A model generated the notes under the pieces. The model worked only from the letters and a program-made list of their open reading frames with translations. It was not told where the DNA came from and made no database searches. A DNA stretch of 63,780 nucleotides, counting the filler, from Candidatus Woesearchaeota archaeon (GTDB lineage Archaea > Nanobdellota > Nanobdellia > Woesearchaeales > B72-G16): assembly GCA_003650545.1 (NCBI GenBank). It is 6 parts of 6 records of this genome, joined end to end, with 100 filler letters (N's around TTAATTAATTAA, not from the genome) between each part and the next. Parts side by side here need not be neighbours in the genome. Positions count along the whole stretch, not along the records: positions 48,455 to 57,965 come from QMQO01000041.1; positions 58,066 to 63,780 come from QMQO01000054.1; 4 more parts are not named here. One strand, given 5' to 3'. A program made the position numbers and the translations under genes. Of this stretch, positions 53,321 to 63,780 are shown piece after piece (positions within the stretch are counted from its first letter, which is position 1; each line of letters opens with the position of its first letter).

Positions 53321-54763
53321 TCAATTTGTAGATAGCACATTATACGCATATGGCTCGTAGAATCTTTCGCGTATTTGTATTAGTGCTTGTTTCCATGTTC
53401 CCCGCTTCTCTAGTACGGGCTGTAGGTAGTGGTTTACCATTACTTCGAATTGTTTCGGTGGTGCTCTTCCTTGGAAGATGTTTATCCATATTTCTTGGGC
53501 TCCGTGCTGTATCATCCATGAGGTGAAGAAGCTTCTTAGGTCGTATAGGCGGAACATTATTCCTGCCTTGGCCATTGCCTCGTTTATCATTGAGCGTATC
53601 TTGGACTCCTTGATTGGTATTAGTTTTTCCTCCCAGTCCTCCACAAGCTCGTCTACCGTTACTGTCTTGTCCTTTGGTGTCCATTGTCTGGCTAGGTTTC
53701 TTATTCTATCAAGGTTTTCCTCTATGTAGTGCTTCCTCCATTCCAAGTACTGGTTCTTTATGTAATTGGCTGTGGCTTCTGAGAAGAAGCTTATGTATGC
53801 TCTCTTACTCTCCGTTATCTTCGCTGGTATGACTGCCCTTGTCTCCAAGTCAATGTCTCTAAGACTGAGGTTGAAGATTTCGCCTGGTCTCAGACCTGTC
53901 TCGGCTAAGAGGATGAAGGCTAGTTTAGCTGCTGGGTTCTCGATATGTCTTGCTACTGTTTTGATGTCTTCTAGTGAGAGTGGCTCCTCCTTGTCATGTA
54001 GTATTTTTAGTGCTTTTGGTATCAATTGCCTTCTTTTGCTTGGTGTTGTGAAGCTGTTGTAGAGTATTAGGAATTTCCTTGGCTCTTTTACCCTGACAAC
54101 AACTTTTAGGAACAGCTTAAGGGCTCGGGCTATGTGGATTGCCTTGTCTATAGACTCCTCTGCCTTCTCCATTATGTAGTCGTCTAGCTTGGAGGCGTCT
54201 AGGACAAACTGGTTGTCCTTCAACGCTACCTTCAGGTAGTAGAGGCGGTCTTGTACTGTCTTCTTCCGCCTATTCTTTCTAAGGTACTCTTCAAACTTCT
54301 TGATATCTTCCTCTGTAACCCGGTATTTTCTCTCGTACTCTCCCAGGTCAACATACCTCATAACCATGTTTATAACTAGATTCCTCAGCTGGGGGTCTGC
54401 AAGACCAGCTTTAACTACTTGGATAAGGGTATGCGGCTCTACCTTCTCTAGGACATATACGCCTGTCAGTTCAGCTAATTCCTCTGCAGTCAAATACTCT
54501 AGAAGCCTCTCTAGTACTGTGTCCGATACTGGTACTTTCCTATTCTTTATCCTGTTAGCATAAGTGGGGTGAATACCTAGCTCACGGCTTCCTACACGCT
54601 TCTTCCACAAGTACATGAATATTCTGTATCTGGTCTCCTGGTCTATCTTGGATAGGTCTACTAGCTTGGGGTCAACCAACTCCAGCGACCTCAAATATGA
54701 TATTCGTAAATGGATGTAATATGTGATATGCATAGTGGATAATGATGATATGCATGATGCCAC
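53321..54763 (-). CDS. tyrosine recombinase/integrase with N-terminal HTH (true start probably near 54680)
   Basis: ETGLRPGE, YDLRSFF, FQGR, NHYL; lies just downstream of tRNA-Val. Confidence 0.9.
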   Translation of the reverse strand: MASCISSLSTMHITYYIHLRISYLRSLELVDPKLVDLSKIDQETRYRIFMYLWKKRVGSRELGIHPTYANRIKNRKVPVSDTVLERLLEYLTAEELAELTGVYVLEKVEPHTLIQVVKAGLADPQLRNLVINMVMRYVDLGEYERKYRVTEEDIKKFEEYLRKNRRKKTVQDRLYYLKVALKDNQFVLDASKLDDYIMEKAEESIDKAIHIARALKLFLKVVVRVKEPRKFLILYNSFTTPSKRRQLIPKALKILHDKEEPLSLEDIKTVARHIENPAAKLAFILLAETGLRPGEIFNLSLRDIDLETRAVIPAKITESKRAYISFFSEATANYIKNQYLEWRKHYIEENLDRIRNLARQWTPKDKTVTVDELVEDWEEKLIPIKESKIRSMINEAMAKAGIMFRLYDLRSFFTSWMIQHGAQEIWINIFQGRAPPKQFEVMVNHYLQPVLEKRGTWKQALIQIRERFYEPYAYNVLSTN

Positions 54764-54820
54764 CTAATATGAATCAAGTTCCATGATCAATATGCACTAT
54801 AAAGAACTAGTATATAAGTT

Positions 54821-54902
<82 letters not shown>

Positions 54903-55162
54903 AATTCCTCATTAGATTACCATATACTACTGAATATAAGCTCATAGTAATTTCGTGATGATACTGATTTTAAATTCTACTTACTTAATAATTCTTGAAG
55001 GATGTTATCTTGGTATGGGGTTAGAGGAGTGATTGGGTAAGTATCTTGGGTTTAAAGAATCCTATATATTTTTTCACATCTCATGTTTATGTTGTTATAA
55101 TTGTATTTTAATAATGTCTATTTTCTACTTGTGAATTTACGGGTGATCGGAGATGTCCCTTC

Positions 55163-55569
55163 ATGTTGGTCGAATTTTGGTTCATAGCGCTTATGTTAAT
55201 AAGCTTATTGCCAGTAATAGCTTATGGTGTAACTTGTATAGATCAGGAGCAGGGTTCATTTGCTTCTGCATATGCAGAAGCGTCAATAGGTTCTGCAGAT
55301 ACTTATGCATGTGGTGAAGGAGTTGCAAGATTAATATATGGATTTGCTGTTGAGGATTTAGTATATGTGGAAATCTATGTAAGACGTGATAATCCATCTG
55401 TACCTTGGGAAGATACTTATGCAAAAGGGTTACTCATGGCGAGACCGTGAGTAAATGTTGGAATAACTTAGGATTTCCACTAAATTACGTTGAGACTTAT
55501 GTAAAGAGTTTTGCTGATGGAACAACAGCATTTGCAGGTGCCTTCAGATCAGGATATTGTGCTATATAA
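55163..55569 (+). pseudogene. small secreted protein, frameshifted near 55430
   Basis: Signal peptide; shifted frame continues THGETVSKCWNNLGFP...GYCAI* to 55569. Confidence 0.5.
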
Positions 55570-55625
55570 AATTCTTCATAAATTTTTGTACTAAGATACA
55601 ATTTTTAAATTAGTGAGGGAGAATT

Positions 55626-56959
55626 GTGAAAAATAATTATTTAACAATGATGTGTTGCTTCATTATTATACTTCTTTTATTATCAGCTATTGAGATGTGT
55701 TTAATCAGTGTAAGTACTAATAATTATAAATGGTATTGGATGGAGAAGAACCGATATGCTCTCTACGAATTTAAAGTTATGGACAAATCTGAGTATTACA
55801 TCATTCCACTCAGGCATAAGTATCCAGGAATCGAGTCTAAGTACATAGTTAGTATAAAGATATAGATGGTACTAGATCTGTTCCCATAGGAGTTAATGAA
55901 ATTCGTTTTCAATGGTTAATAGAAGGTATACAAGACAATACTGCATATCTAAATATTACATTAATGTTAATTAATGTAACACTTCTTGGTAATGAAACTA
56001 AGAAGGTACTTATTGAAAGATTCGAAGAGTCTAATATATTATGGAGCATAGGAGATTTAATGGAGTTAAGTACCATTAACATAGGAGATTAAGAAACTCC
56101 TGTTTATAAATATAGATACTTAAACATTTCCAAAGTAATAGCCATAGATTTATCTAATAACTCAATGTATAGTGATAATCAATTAATTGGTGAGTGTTTC
56201 TTATGGACAAATCCAGTAAATCTCATGAATAAAAGCTCGATATTGTTATTACTAACTACAACACGTATGGGAGCTGAATCATTTGGTGCTGAAGGAGTTT
56301 CAGCATTAGCTGTATTAAATACATCAGTTACAGGTAATGAGGATTATACTCTTAGGACAGGTTATACAATACATAGAGCAAGAACAATTCTAGCTACAAT
56401 GAAGGGTGAATTACCAATAGTTAACTATGTATATAATGTTAGTTTAGATGAGTTGGCATTATTTAAGCAACAACTAAAGGGTATGAATTACCACATGGAG
56501 TTATTTGATAATGGAACTCTAGTAATACAACTCAATAAACATATAGCGGATCTCCTTCATCAAGTATCTAAATATAAATTCTGGGATGTGGAGCTAAGAT
56601 GCTCTAAAAGAAAGAGAGTTACCTTCTGCAATTACCTAATAGAGATCAACAATAAGAGGTATTTATTAGCTAAACTTGGTGCTAAAATGACATACGATAC
56701 TTATACTGGGATATTACTAAGTATGGAAGGAAATACAATATACTATAATGATATATTTGAGAATTTAGGTATTTCCAAAATAAGTCCAATGGTTAAGATG
56801 ATCATAGTTGATACTAATATACCATTGGAAAAGGAGAAGATAGGTGAAGAAGCTAAACCTCCTGATATATTTCCTAACATGCTCTTAGTAATGTTATCTA
56901 TACTCATATCTGTAGTAATAGGTGTTTTACTATACCTATATAGATTAAAGAGGACATAG
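55626..56959 (+). pseudogene. membrane-anchored exported protein disrupted by a frameshift (~55860) and in-frame TAA (56090-56092)
   Basis: The frame between the two ORFs is open apart from one TAA and is in frame with ATG 56165; N-terminal signal and C-terminal TM. Confidence 0.6.
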
Positions 56960-57493
56960 ATGTTGAAGAAACTATTAATTCTCAGCATTTTGATAGTTTT
57001 GATAATTATTGTTATGTTATTTAACTCTCATAGAGCATATATTGTTTCAAATAGATTTTCCAATCTTCAACATGATAAGTATACAGTTGAATGTAGTGCT
57101 ATATGTAATCCTATTAATACATACGTAATGCTTCTAGAAAATGACTTATTGAATATCGAGCTTAGGGTATATGGGAGGGAATTGAATTATTGGAAATTAG
57201 TTATTGAAATAAGACATGTACTTAGTAATAGATCTTATCATTATATAGATTATGGATATTCACAACCAATAAGAACGCCAATGTTTATAGCACCTATGAG
57301 AGGTCTATATCACATAAATGCAACTCTTTACTTAGAACCTACTAAGGAGATGGAGATATTAGTTGAATTAATTCTAAATACTGGGAAAAGGGATGTAGTT
57401 ATAAGTCAATTAAGTACTGCATTAGTTCTTGCATTAGTTATTTTAGTGGGGTGCATAATTACCTATGTCATTAAAATTAAGAAGATTATATGA
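56960..57493 (+). CDS. hypothetical membrane protein
   Basis: N- and C-terminal hydrophobic helices; directly abuts the previous gene. Confidence 0.6.
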   Translation: MLKKLLILSILIVLIIIVMLFNSHRAYIVSNRFSNLQHDKYTVECSAICNPINTYVMLLENDLLNIELRVYGRELNYWKLVIEIRHVLSNRSYHYIDYGYSQPIRTPMFIAPMRGLYHINATLYLEPTKEMEILVELILNTGKRDVVISQLSTALVLALVILVGCIITYVIKIKKII

Positions 57494-57965
57494 TGCTTTA
57501 CTATGGTCATTAGGGTTTTATTACAAAAGCTACATTTCTTTATCCATACTACTAATTTATTTGCTAATGAGATCTTTATTTATACCATATATAGGACCGT
57601 CAGTATCTGAAGTTAGGATTTTCTGGGGTAATGTTCCAGAAGAAGTAGTAGCTATTGCAACTTCATATAATCATCCATATTATATATTTCTAGAATGGAT
57701 TATATTGGTCATTCACATAGCTCTAATAGTTGTTACTACATTTGGTCTAGAAGAAGAACATGGCTATAAGTACTTTTGGATATTAGTTGGATTTAGAAGA
57801 ATAACTTCATTCGCTATACTATTTACATCTGTAATTATATTAACACTTACTCCCATAGTAATAGCTAGACTAGTAACTGCTATTATGATAGAGCCTAGGA
57901 TCATAAATTATCCAATACCATTGTTTATTTCCTTATTTAAATTATTAATTCATTACCTCATATTC
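57465..57965 (+). CDS. multi-TM protein, possibly ABC-2-type permease (truncated)
   Basis: Several TM segments with an EEEHG loop. Confidence 0.45.
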
Positions 57966-58065
57966 NNNNNNNNNNNNNNNNNNNNNNNNNNNNNNNNNNN
58001 NNNNNNNNNTTAATTAATTAANNNNNNNNNNNNNNNNNNNNNNNNNNNNNNNNNNNNNNNNNNNN
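57966..58065. other. artificial contig linker
   Basis: N-run/TTAATTAATTAA/N-run. Confidence 0.98.
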
Positions 58066-58086
58066 CCTTATATAACTATTCAGGAT

Positions 58087-58713
58087 ATGCCAAGTGAAGA
58101 CTATTGCAATATATATCTTAGTGAAGACTACTGTGAAAAAGACATTTGTAATTTTAGAGATTATAATATTGAATGCCAATGGTATGATAATAAATGTGTG
58201 ATGGGTTTTCTCAAAAAGGGTGAATGGAAGGATTATGATGATAGTGAAGTAAAAATTAAATTAAGAGAAGCTGCCCAAGAAAATAATATCCCCCCAGAAA
58301 TTTTATTAGGAGTAGCTTATACTGAAAGCAGTTTTAATAAGGGTGAAGTTGGCGACGGAGGAGAAAGTATCGGTTTAATGCAGATAAATTTTGATTTACA
58401 TAAGGATGAATGTAATCTTAAAAGTAAAGATGAATTACTTGATGTAAATAAAAATATTGAGTGCGGCATTAAAATATTGAAAAATAATTATTATTCCTAT
58501 TGTGATGCAGATGGAAGAAAAAGTTTTAGGAGTAAAGTTGATTATTATTGTGATAATAATCCAAGTTTAAATGAGAAATACAAATCATACTCATATGAAT
58601 CTGATTGCTGGAATATGGCATTAAGGGCGTACAATGGACTTGGTTGTGAAAAAGGGAATCCTAATTATGTAGAAGATGTTAGAAATAATATAAAGGAGCA
58701 AGGTTTTGATTAA
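58087..58713 (+). CDS. soluble lytic transglycosylase (SLT) domain protein, probably 5'-truncated
   Basis: PPEILLGVAYTESSFN (catalytic ES), GLMQI, NIECGIKIL, ALRAYNG. Confidence 0.88.
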   Translation: MPSEDYCNIYLSEDYCEKDICNFRDYNIECQWYDNKCVMGFLKKGEWKDYDDSEVKIKLREAAQENNIPPEILLGVAYTESSFNKGEVGDGGESIGLMQINFDLHKDECNLKSKDELLDVNKNIECGIKILKNNYYSYCDADGRKSFRSKVDYYCDNNPSLNEKYKSYSYESDCWNMALRAYNGLGCEKGNPNYVEDVRNNIKEQGFD

Positions 58714-58716
58714 AAA

Positions 58717-59637
58717 ATGAAATCAAAAATTATATTTCCAGCGAGCATTATTCTTATTTTATTCATATCTGGATGTGTTTCAAACCCTTTTGTGAAGCCA
58801 ACAACGCAGGATGACTTCAGAACAGGAAGGCAGGGCATATTAATGGAATTCTTAACTAATGCCCCGCCCAGCGAGACGTATGAAGATTACCCCTTTCAGA
58901 TAGGGGTTATGCTGAAGAACACTGGAGCATATGATATTAAAGATGGTTTTGTTTCTTTCACAATTGAAGAGGGTTATATGGAATTAATGAACCAGAATGA
59001 TGAAGTTGTTAGATTTAGTCTAAAGGGCAAGTCTGTTTCTCTTCCAACCGGAGACCAGCTAGTAAAGATAATAAAAGCAAAAACAAAAAAAATAGATGAG
59101 CAGAGCGAGAAACATGACTCAACAATATTAGCAAATGTATGTTATAAGTATCAAACAAAAAAAGACATTACAACCTGTATAGATACAGATATTTATAATC
59201 TAAAAAAAATGCAAAAGGTATGCATGGTTAGGGATATAACATTAACACCCCAGGGAGCCCCTGTTGCAATAACAAAGATAGAGAGCGAGATGCTTCCAGC
59301 AGAAGATGATAATTTAATAAAGCCAGCATTTAAAATCTATATAAAGAATGTTGGCAATGGAGAGGTTATTGACAAAGGAAAAATATCAGATATATGCTCT
59401 TCAGAGCCATTGGAGCATAAGGAATTAAATATAGTGGATATAAAGGTTATGCTCTCCAATGAAGAGCTTGAATGCAAGCCAAAACCATTAAAGCTAAAGG
59501 ATGATGGAGATGAGGTTAGGTGCATTCTCGAGAAAGGTGTGCCAAAGGATAGGGCAACTTATACTACCCCCTTGACAATTGAGCTAAACTATGGTTATAC
59601 CTACTCTATATCAAAAAAGATTATGATAAAAAAATAG
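58717..59637 (+). CDS. Cys-rich lipoprotein, paralogue 1
   Basis: Lipobox ISG-C; CYKYQT, QGAPVAIT, L.YGY motifs shared with the next two genes. Confidence 0.75.
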   Translation: MKSKIIFPASIILILFISGCVSNPFVKPTTQDDFRTGRQGILMEFLTNAPPSETYEDYPFQIGVMLKNTGAYDIKDGFVSFTIEEGYMELMNQNDEVVRFSLKGKSVSLPTGDQLVKIIKAKTKKIDEQSEKHDSTILANVCYKYQTKKDITTCIDTDIYNLKKMQKVCMVRDITLTPQGAPVAITKIESEMLPAEDDNLIKPAFKIYIKNVGNGEVIDKGKISDICSSEPLEHKELNIVDIKVMLSNEELECKPKPLKLKDDGDEVRCILEKGVPKDRATYTTPLTIELNYGYTYSISKKIMIKK

Positions 59638-59684
59638 GTTTCAATAGAAAGCTTTAAATACAAATCAAGGGATTATACAACAAA

Positions 59685-60635
59685 ATGAGAAAGATTATAT
59701 TAATAGTCCTTATATTCCTTTTATTCTTTAGTTTTGGATGTTCTCCAGAAACAGGAGAAACAGATGTTGATTACAGAAAAGGAACTCATGGGATTGTTAT
59801 GAATTTCATGACAGATATACCCCCGGCCACGATGTATGACAACATGCCAATTGACCTTATTGTAGAAATAAGAAACAAAGGGGCTTATCCACAGCCGAAT
59901 CCTATTACAGGATGGGCAATTAATGTAATCAGCCCAACTACAAAAGGAATTGGAACACTATATCTAAGTGGTTTTGACAATACCCTTATAATGGGTATGC
60001 CAAAACAGATGTCAATTCCCAAGCTTGAAGGAAAAAACCCTTATAATCCAGAGGGGGGTTATGATGTGGTTTCATTCAGGGGCAATATAATAAATTTTGA
60101 CAGCAGGAATATTGATAGTTACAATGCAAACTTTCTTGTTACATCATGCTATAATTATGAAACAATTGCTTCCCAGACAGTCTGTGTTGATCCAGAGCCC
60201 TATTCAACAAAGGAAAAGACAAAGGTTTGCATTATTCCTCCTAGTTACTCTTTATCAGGCGGCCAGGGTGCCCCTGTTGCTGTAACTAAAATAGAAGAAA
60301 CAGTTCTTTCAAACAAAATACAGTTCAAAATATATATAAAAAATCTTGGAGATGGCAAGATTATTGACAAGAACAGGCTTAATATTGACTGCCCATATTC
60401 ATTGGATTATACAAACCTTGATAAGGTTTATGTGAGTGGCCGTGTTTCTGGCTACAGCCTTAGCTGCAAGCCAAGAAATCCGATCACCTTAACAAAAGGG
60501 GTTGGAAGTGTTATATGCACAATTCCAAAACCAGTAATGAGTAAGTCAGCATATACTACGCCATTACAGGTTAAGCTAGAATACGGCTATTCATCATCAA
60601 TACAAAAGAGTGTTGAAATATTAAATACCCCCTAA
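59685..60635 (+). CDS. Cys-rich lipoprotein, paralogue 2
   Basis: Lipobox SFG-C; CYNYET, QGAPVAVT, LEYGY. Confidence 0.75.
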   Translation: MRKIILIVLIFLLFFSFGCSPETGETDVDYRKGTHGIVMNFMTDIPPATMYDNMPIDLIVEIRNKGAYPQPNPITGWAINVISPTTKGIGTLYLSGFDNTLIMGMPKQMSIPKLEGKNPYNPEGGYDVVSFRGNIINFDSRNIDSYNANFLVTSCYNYETIASQTVCVDPEPYSTKEKTKVCIIPPSYSLSGGQGAPVAVTKIEETVLSNKIQFKIYIKNLGDGKIIDKNRLNIDCPYSLDYTNLDKVYVSGRVSGYSLSCKPRNPITLTKGVGSVICTIPKPVMSKSAYTTPLQVKLEYGYSSSIQKSVEILNTP

Positions 60636-60690
60636 TTAACAGAAAAATTTATATAATCAAATAATGTATAAAGGATTGGAGGCTTGAAAA

Positions 60691-61614
60691 ATGAAAAGTT
60701 ATGTTAATATAATCTTAATATTTGTTTTATTGATTTTTGCATCTGGATGTGGAGAAGAAACCACCCCTTCTAAAGAGAGCCCATTTATTGGCGGAACAAC
60801 AGGCCTTTTGATAAGCTATGACAAGGATACACCTCCCGCAGAGGTCTATGATGGAGGAGATTTTGATTTTGATGTTGTTGTTAAGCTAAAGAATGAGGGT
60901 GAATACTTTATAAGCAAGGAAAAAGTTGAGGTAAGTCTTAGTGGAATTGACCCAAAGGAATTTGGATTATCTGATTCTGATTTTGTTAAGCATCCTGATG
61001 ATGATTTACAGGGCACTTACAAAGATTCTGAGGGAAATAAGATAGAAGGAACAACAACTTATGTCATATTCCCCAAGTTAAATCACCATGAAAGCTTAAT
61101 TGGAAACACCCCTTATACAATAAGGGCAGAGGTCTGTTATAATTATGCGACAAATGTTAATTCAATGCTCTGTATAAAAGAGGGACAGGTCGACAAAGAG
61201 GGAGACATCTGCAAGATTAATGAAAAGAAAGCTGTTTTTAACTCAGGTGGCCCAGTACAGGTTACAAGCTTTGAAGAAACGCCAAGGGGAAAAAACAAAT
61301 TCAACTTTAATTTTAAGATAGAACCAAGGGGAAATGGCGGAATCTATAAGAAAGACTCAAACTGCGAGCAAACAAGAGCAAATGAAAACAAGGTTTTTGT
61401 TAGTGTTGATACTGGAATGGATGGCTTAACCTGCACAGGCCTTGATGGAGGGGCTACAAGCGGCTATGTAACCTTGTATGGCGGCGAAAGAATAATAACC
61501 TGCACTCAAGAAGCTGAGACAGGAACAGATTTTGAAAAACCAGTTAACATAAAGCTGGAGTATGACTATAAAGAAGGTATATCAACAGAGGTTTTAGTAA
61601 AACACTCTACTTAA
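60691..61614 (+). CDS. Cys-rich lipoprotein, paralogue 3
   Basis: Lipobox ASG-C; CYNYAT, SGGPVQVT, LEYDY. Confidence 0.75.
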   Translation: MKSYVNIILIFVLLIFASGCGEETTPSKESPFIGGTTGLLISYDKDTPPAEVYDGGDFDFDVVVKLKNEGEYFISKEKVEVSLSGIDPKEFGLSDSDFVKHPDDDLQGTYKDSEGNKIEGTTTYVIFPKLNHHESLIGNTPYTIRAEVCYNYATNVNSMLCIKEGQVDKEGDICKINEKKAVFNSGGPVQVTSFEETPRGKNKFNFNFKIEPRGNGGIYKKDSNCEQTRANENKVFVSVDTGMDGLTCTGLDGGATSGYVTLYGGERIITCTQEAETGTDFEKPVNIKLEYDYKEGISTEVLVKHST

Positions 61615-61615
61615 T

Positions 61616-62572
61616 TTATTTTATTCCTATTAATGTAACCTGGCTTAACAGTGCCTCAAGCTGCAGGAACTCATCAGAGCCCTCAATCATCCTAAACTCT
61701 ATCTCGCCGCATTTGTCTATTAAGAACATCTTTTTTCTTGGCTCAATATCAAGGTTTAATATCTCTTTTTGAATCTGTTTTATTATATCAAGGCCAGATA
61801 ATCCATACTCAAGCATTACATCCAATAATTTATTTCTTGCATCCTTAAATTTATTTTTTAAGGCAAGGTTTAACACTTCATCTATTTCTTTTGGTCTTGC
61901 AACAGAGGCTATTGAATAGATAAGCTCTTCTGTTATTTTATTGGAAAGAGCTGCACTGCTTTGCAGGATGTTTTCCATTTTTCGGCAGTCACCATTAGTT
62001 ATATAATATAATGCCTCTTTTGCCTTTTCATCTATTTTCAATGACTCTAATGTTGAAATAGTCTCAATGATTTCTATAACATCTTTTTTAGTTAAAAGCT
62101 TAAACCTAAATATGGCGCACCTTGACTGTATTGGCTCTATGATCTTGCTGCTGTAGTTGCAGCTGAGTATAAACCTGCATGTTCTTGTATAATTCTCCAT
62201 TGTCCTTCTTAAGGCCTGCTGTGCCTCTTTTGTCAAGGCATCTGATTCGTCAAGATAAATTATCTTAAATGGAACATTGCCAATTGCCCTTGTTCTTGCA
62301 AAATCCTTTACCTTGTTTCTTATAATATCAATGCCCCTCTCGTCAGAGGCATTTAACTCCAGAACATTATCATGCCATCCTGTTCCAAATAGTTTTTTTG
62401 CTATAACCAAAGCAAGGGTTGTCTTGCCTGTTCCTGCTGGCCCAGAAAACAATAGATGGGGCATATTCTTTTGCTTAACAAATGCCCTTGCTCTTTTAAC
62501 TATCTCTTTCTGTCCCTTTACCTCAGAAAATTCTTTTGGCCTGTATTTTTCAGTCCAGATTGTGTTTTCCAT
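61616..62572 (-). CDS. rfcS: replication factor C small subunit
   Basis: WTEKYRP, GPAGTGKT, ELNASDERG, LDESD, AQQALRRTME, SRC. Confidence 0.98.
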   Translation of the reverse strand: MENTIWTEKYRPKEFSEVKGQKEIVKRARAFVKQKNMPHLLFSGPAGTGKTTLALVIAKKLFGTGWHDNVLELNASDERGIDIIRNKVKDFARTRAIGNVPFKIIYLDESDALTKEAQQALRRTMENYTRTCRFILSCNYSSKIIEPIQSRCAIFRFKLLTKKDVIEIIETISTLESLKIDEKAKEALYYITNGDCRKMENILQSSAALSNKITEELIYSIASVARPKEIDEVLNLALKNKFKDARNKLLDVMLEYGLSGLDIIKQIQKEILNLDIEPRKKMFLIDKCGEIEFRMIEGSDEFLQLEALLSQVTLIGIK

Positions 62573-62618
62573 AAAGAAAGCTAAATAAGCCTTATTTAAA
62601 TATTTATCCCTAAAAGAA

Positions 62619-62891
62619 TTATATTATATCTTCTTCTGCTATGACAATAAAATCCCCAACAGCTATCACTGCACTAAATGGAATTAGTATTTCACCTTCC
62701 TTGTTTTTTTCAAGCTCTAGCTTTTCTGTGTATGTTGTTGGATTGCCCAAGACTATATTGATAAGTTCTCCAGATCTTGTTTCAAATATTATATCACCAA
62801 TCTCACCAAAGCGTTTTCCAGTTTTGCTAACAACAGTTTTACCTATTAATTGTTTTGAGAATTTTTTATCTTCTTCAGCCATTACATCCAC
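62619..62891 (-). CDS. PRC-barrel domain protein
   Basis: LIGKTVVSKTGKRFGEIGDI...IPFSAVIAVGDFIVI. Confidence 0.9.
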   Translation of the reverse strand: MDVMAEEDKKFSKQLIGKTVVSKTGKRFGEIGDIIFETRSGELINIVLGNPTTYTEKLELEKNKEGEILIPFSAVIAVGDFIVIAEEDII

Positions 62892-63040
62892 CTGTATATG
62901 ATTTTCAATGATATCTAAGATGGTTAAGTTATATTTAAATCTTTTGGAAATGACGAGGGTTTATTTACAGTGCTAAATCCAAAAACTATTTATATAGATA
63001 AATAATCATAATATCAAGTATTTTTAAAAGAGGTGGTAAA

Positions 63041-63226
63041 ATGACATTAGAACAGGCTATTCTGTATGTTATATTGGGTATTGTGTTGGCAATAGTGTAT
63101 TCTATTAGGATTCTTGTCTTATTGGAAAGAAGAATTGCAAGAATGGATGAAAATATAGTAAGAATCACTAATAGAATTATAAGTGAAGAGAAAAAGATTG
63201 AATCTGTGCTTAAAAGGAAAAGATAA
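63041..63226 (+). CDS. small single-TM protein
   Basis: GAGGTGG RBS; TM helix then coiled coil. Confidence 0.7.
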   Translation: MTLEQAILYVILGIVLAIVYSIRILVLLERRIARMDENIVRITNRIISEEKKIESVLKRKR

Positions 63227-63238
63227 TCCTTCTAAAAA

Positions 63239-63780
63239 ATGAGTTTTAAAGAAACAGTAGATAGAATAAAGAACTTAGAGGTTCAGGGTGCAGAAAATGT
63301 TGCTATTGAAGCTGTTAAATCTCTAAAAGAAGTGGTTAAGGACTCTAAATCAAAGAACATGTCTGGAATCTTAGCAGACCTTCATCATGCAAAGAACCTT
63401 CTTTTTCTGACAAGACCAACTGAACCATGCATGAGAAATTCTCTTAATTATGTTATGCATGACCTTGACTATGATGACCCTATTGAATTAACAAAAGCCA
63501 TTTGCTTAAAGGTTGATGAAGTCATAGAACGTTTTGATAAAAATCAGAGGATAATAGCTCAGATAGGCTCTAAGAAAATTGGTAATGGAACTGTTGTATT
63601 TACCCATTGTCATTCATCAACAATACTTGAGGTTCTAAAACAGGCAAAAAAACAGAACAAAAAATTTGAAGTGCATAATACAGAAACAAGGCCATTATAC
63701 CAAGGAAGAATAACTGCAAGAGAGATAGCAAAATTAGGTATCCCGGTAACTCATTTTGTTGACGCTGCAGCAAGATTTGC
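63239..63780 (+). CDS. ribose-1,5-bisphosphate isomerase / eIF-2B family protein (runs off the window; absent from the ORF track)
   Basis: Read by hand: LEVQGAENVA, TRPTEP, FTHCHSST, TETRPLYQG. Confidence 0.9.
   Translation, partial: MSFKETVDRIKNLEVQGAENVAIEAVKSLKEVVKDSKSKNMSGILADLHHAKNLLFLTRPTEPCMRNSLNYVMHDLDYDDPIELTKAICLKVDEVIERFDKNQRIIAQIGSKKIGNGTVVFTHCHSSTILEVLKQAKKQNKKFEVHNTETRPLYQGRITAREIAKLGIPVTHFVDAAARF

Overview
The window is not one locus. It is six archaeal contigs joined by artificial 100-nt linkers (N44-TTAATTAATTAA-N44 at 14324-14423, 26727-26826, 38562-38661, 48355-48454, 57966-58065). Contigs 1, 2, 4 and 6 look like an AT-rich DPANN (Woesearchaeota-like) genome; this taxonomy is inferred from gene content. 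They carry grpE-dnaK-dnaJ, DNA ligase, Lhr, TFB, RFC-S, R15P isomerase, GGDEF proteins, a bacterial-type Lgt, a lytic transglycosylase followed by three lipoprotein paralogues, and a radical-SAM/tandem-ParB operon. They also hold three heavily interrupted tRNA genes that I reconstructed by hand from bulge-helix-bulge (BHB) motifs: Arg(GCG) with 3 introns, Ser(TGA) with 2, and Met(CAT) with 4, one nested inside another. Contig 3 has a 27-repeat CRISPR array with no cas genes in view, next to a DprA/PRTase/HAD/SMC-like/AAA cluster that may be a defence island. Contig 5 (Thermoprotei-like) has a ~5.9-kb element integrated at tRNA-Val(CAC), with a decayed att copy and a GTAC array phased at 10.5 bp upstream of an RHH gene. 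All family assignments come from motif recognition by eye; no database searches were run.
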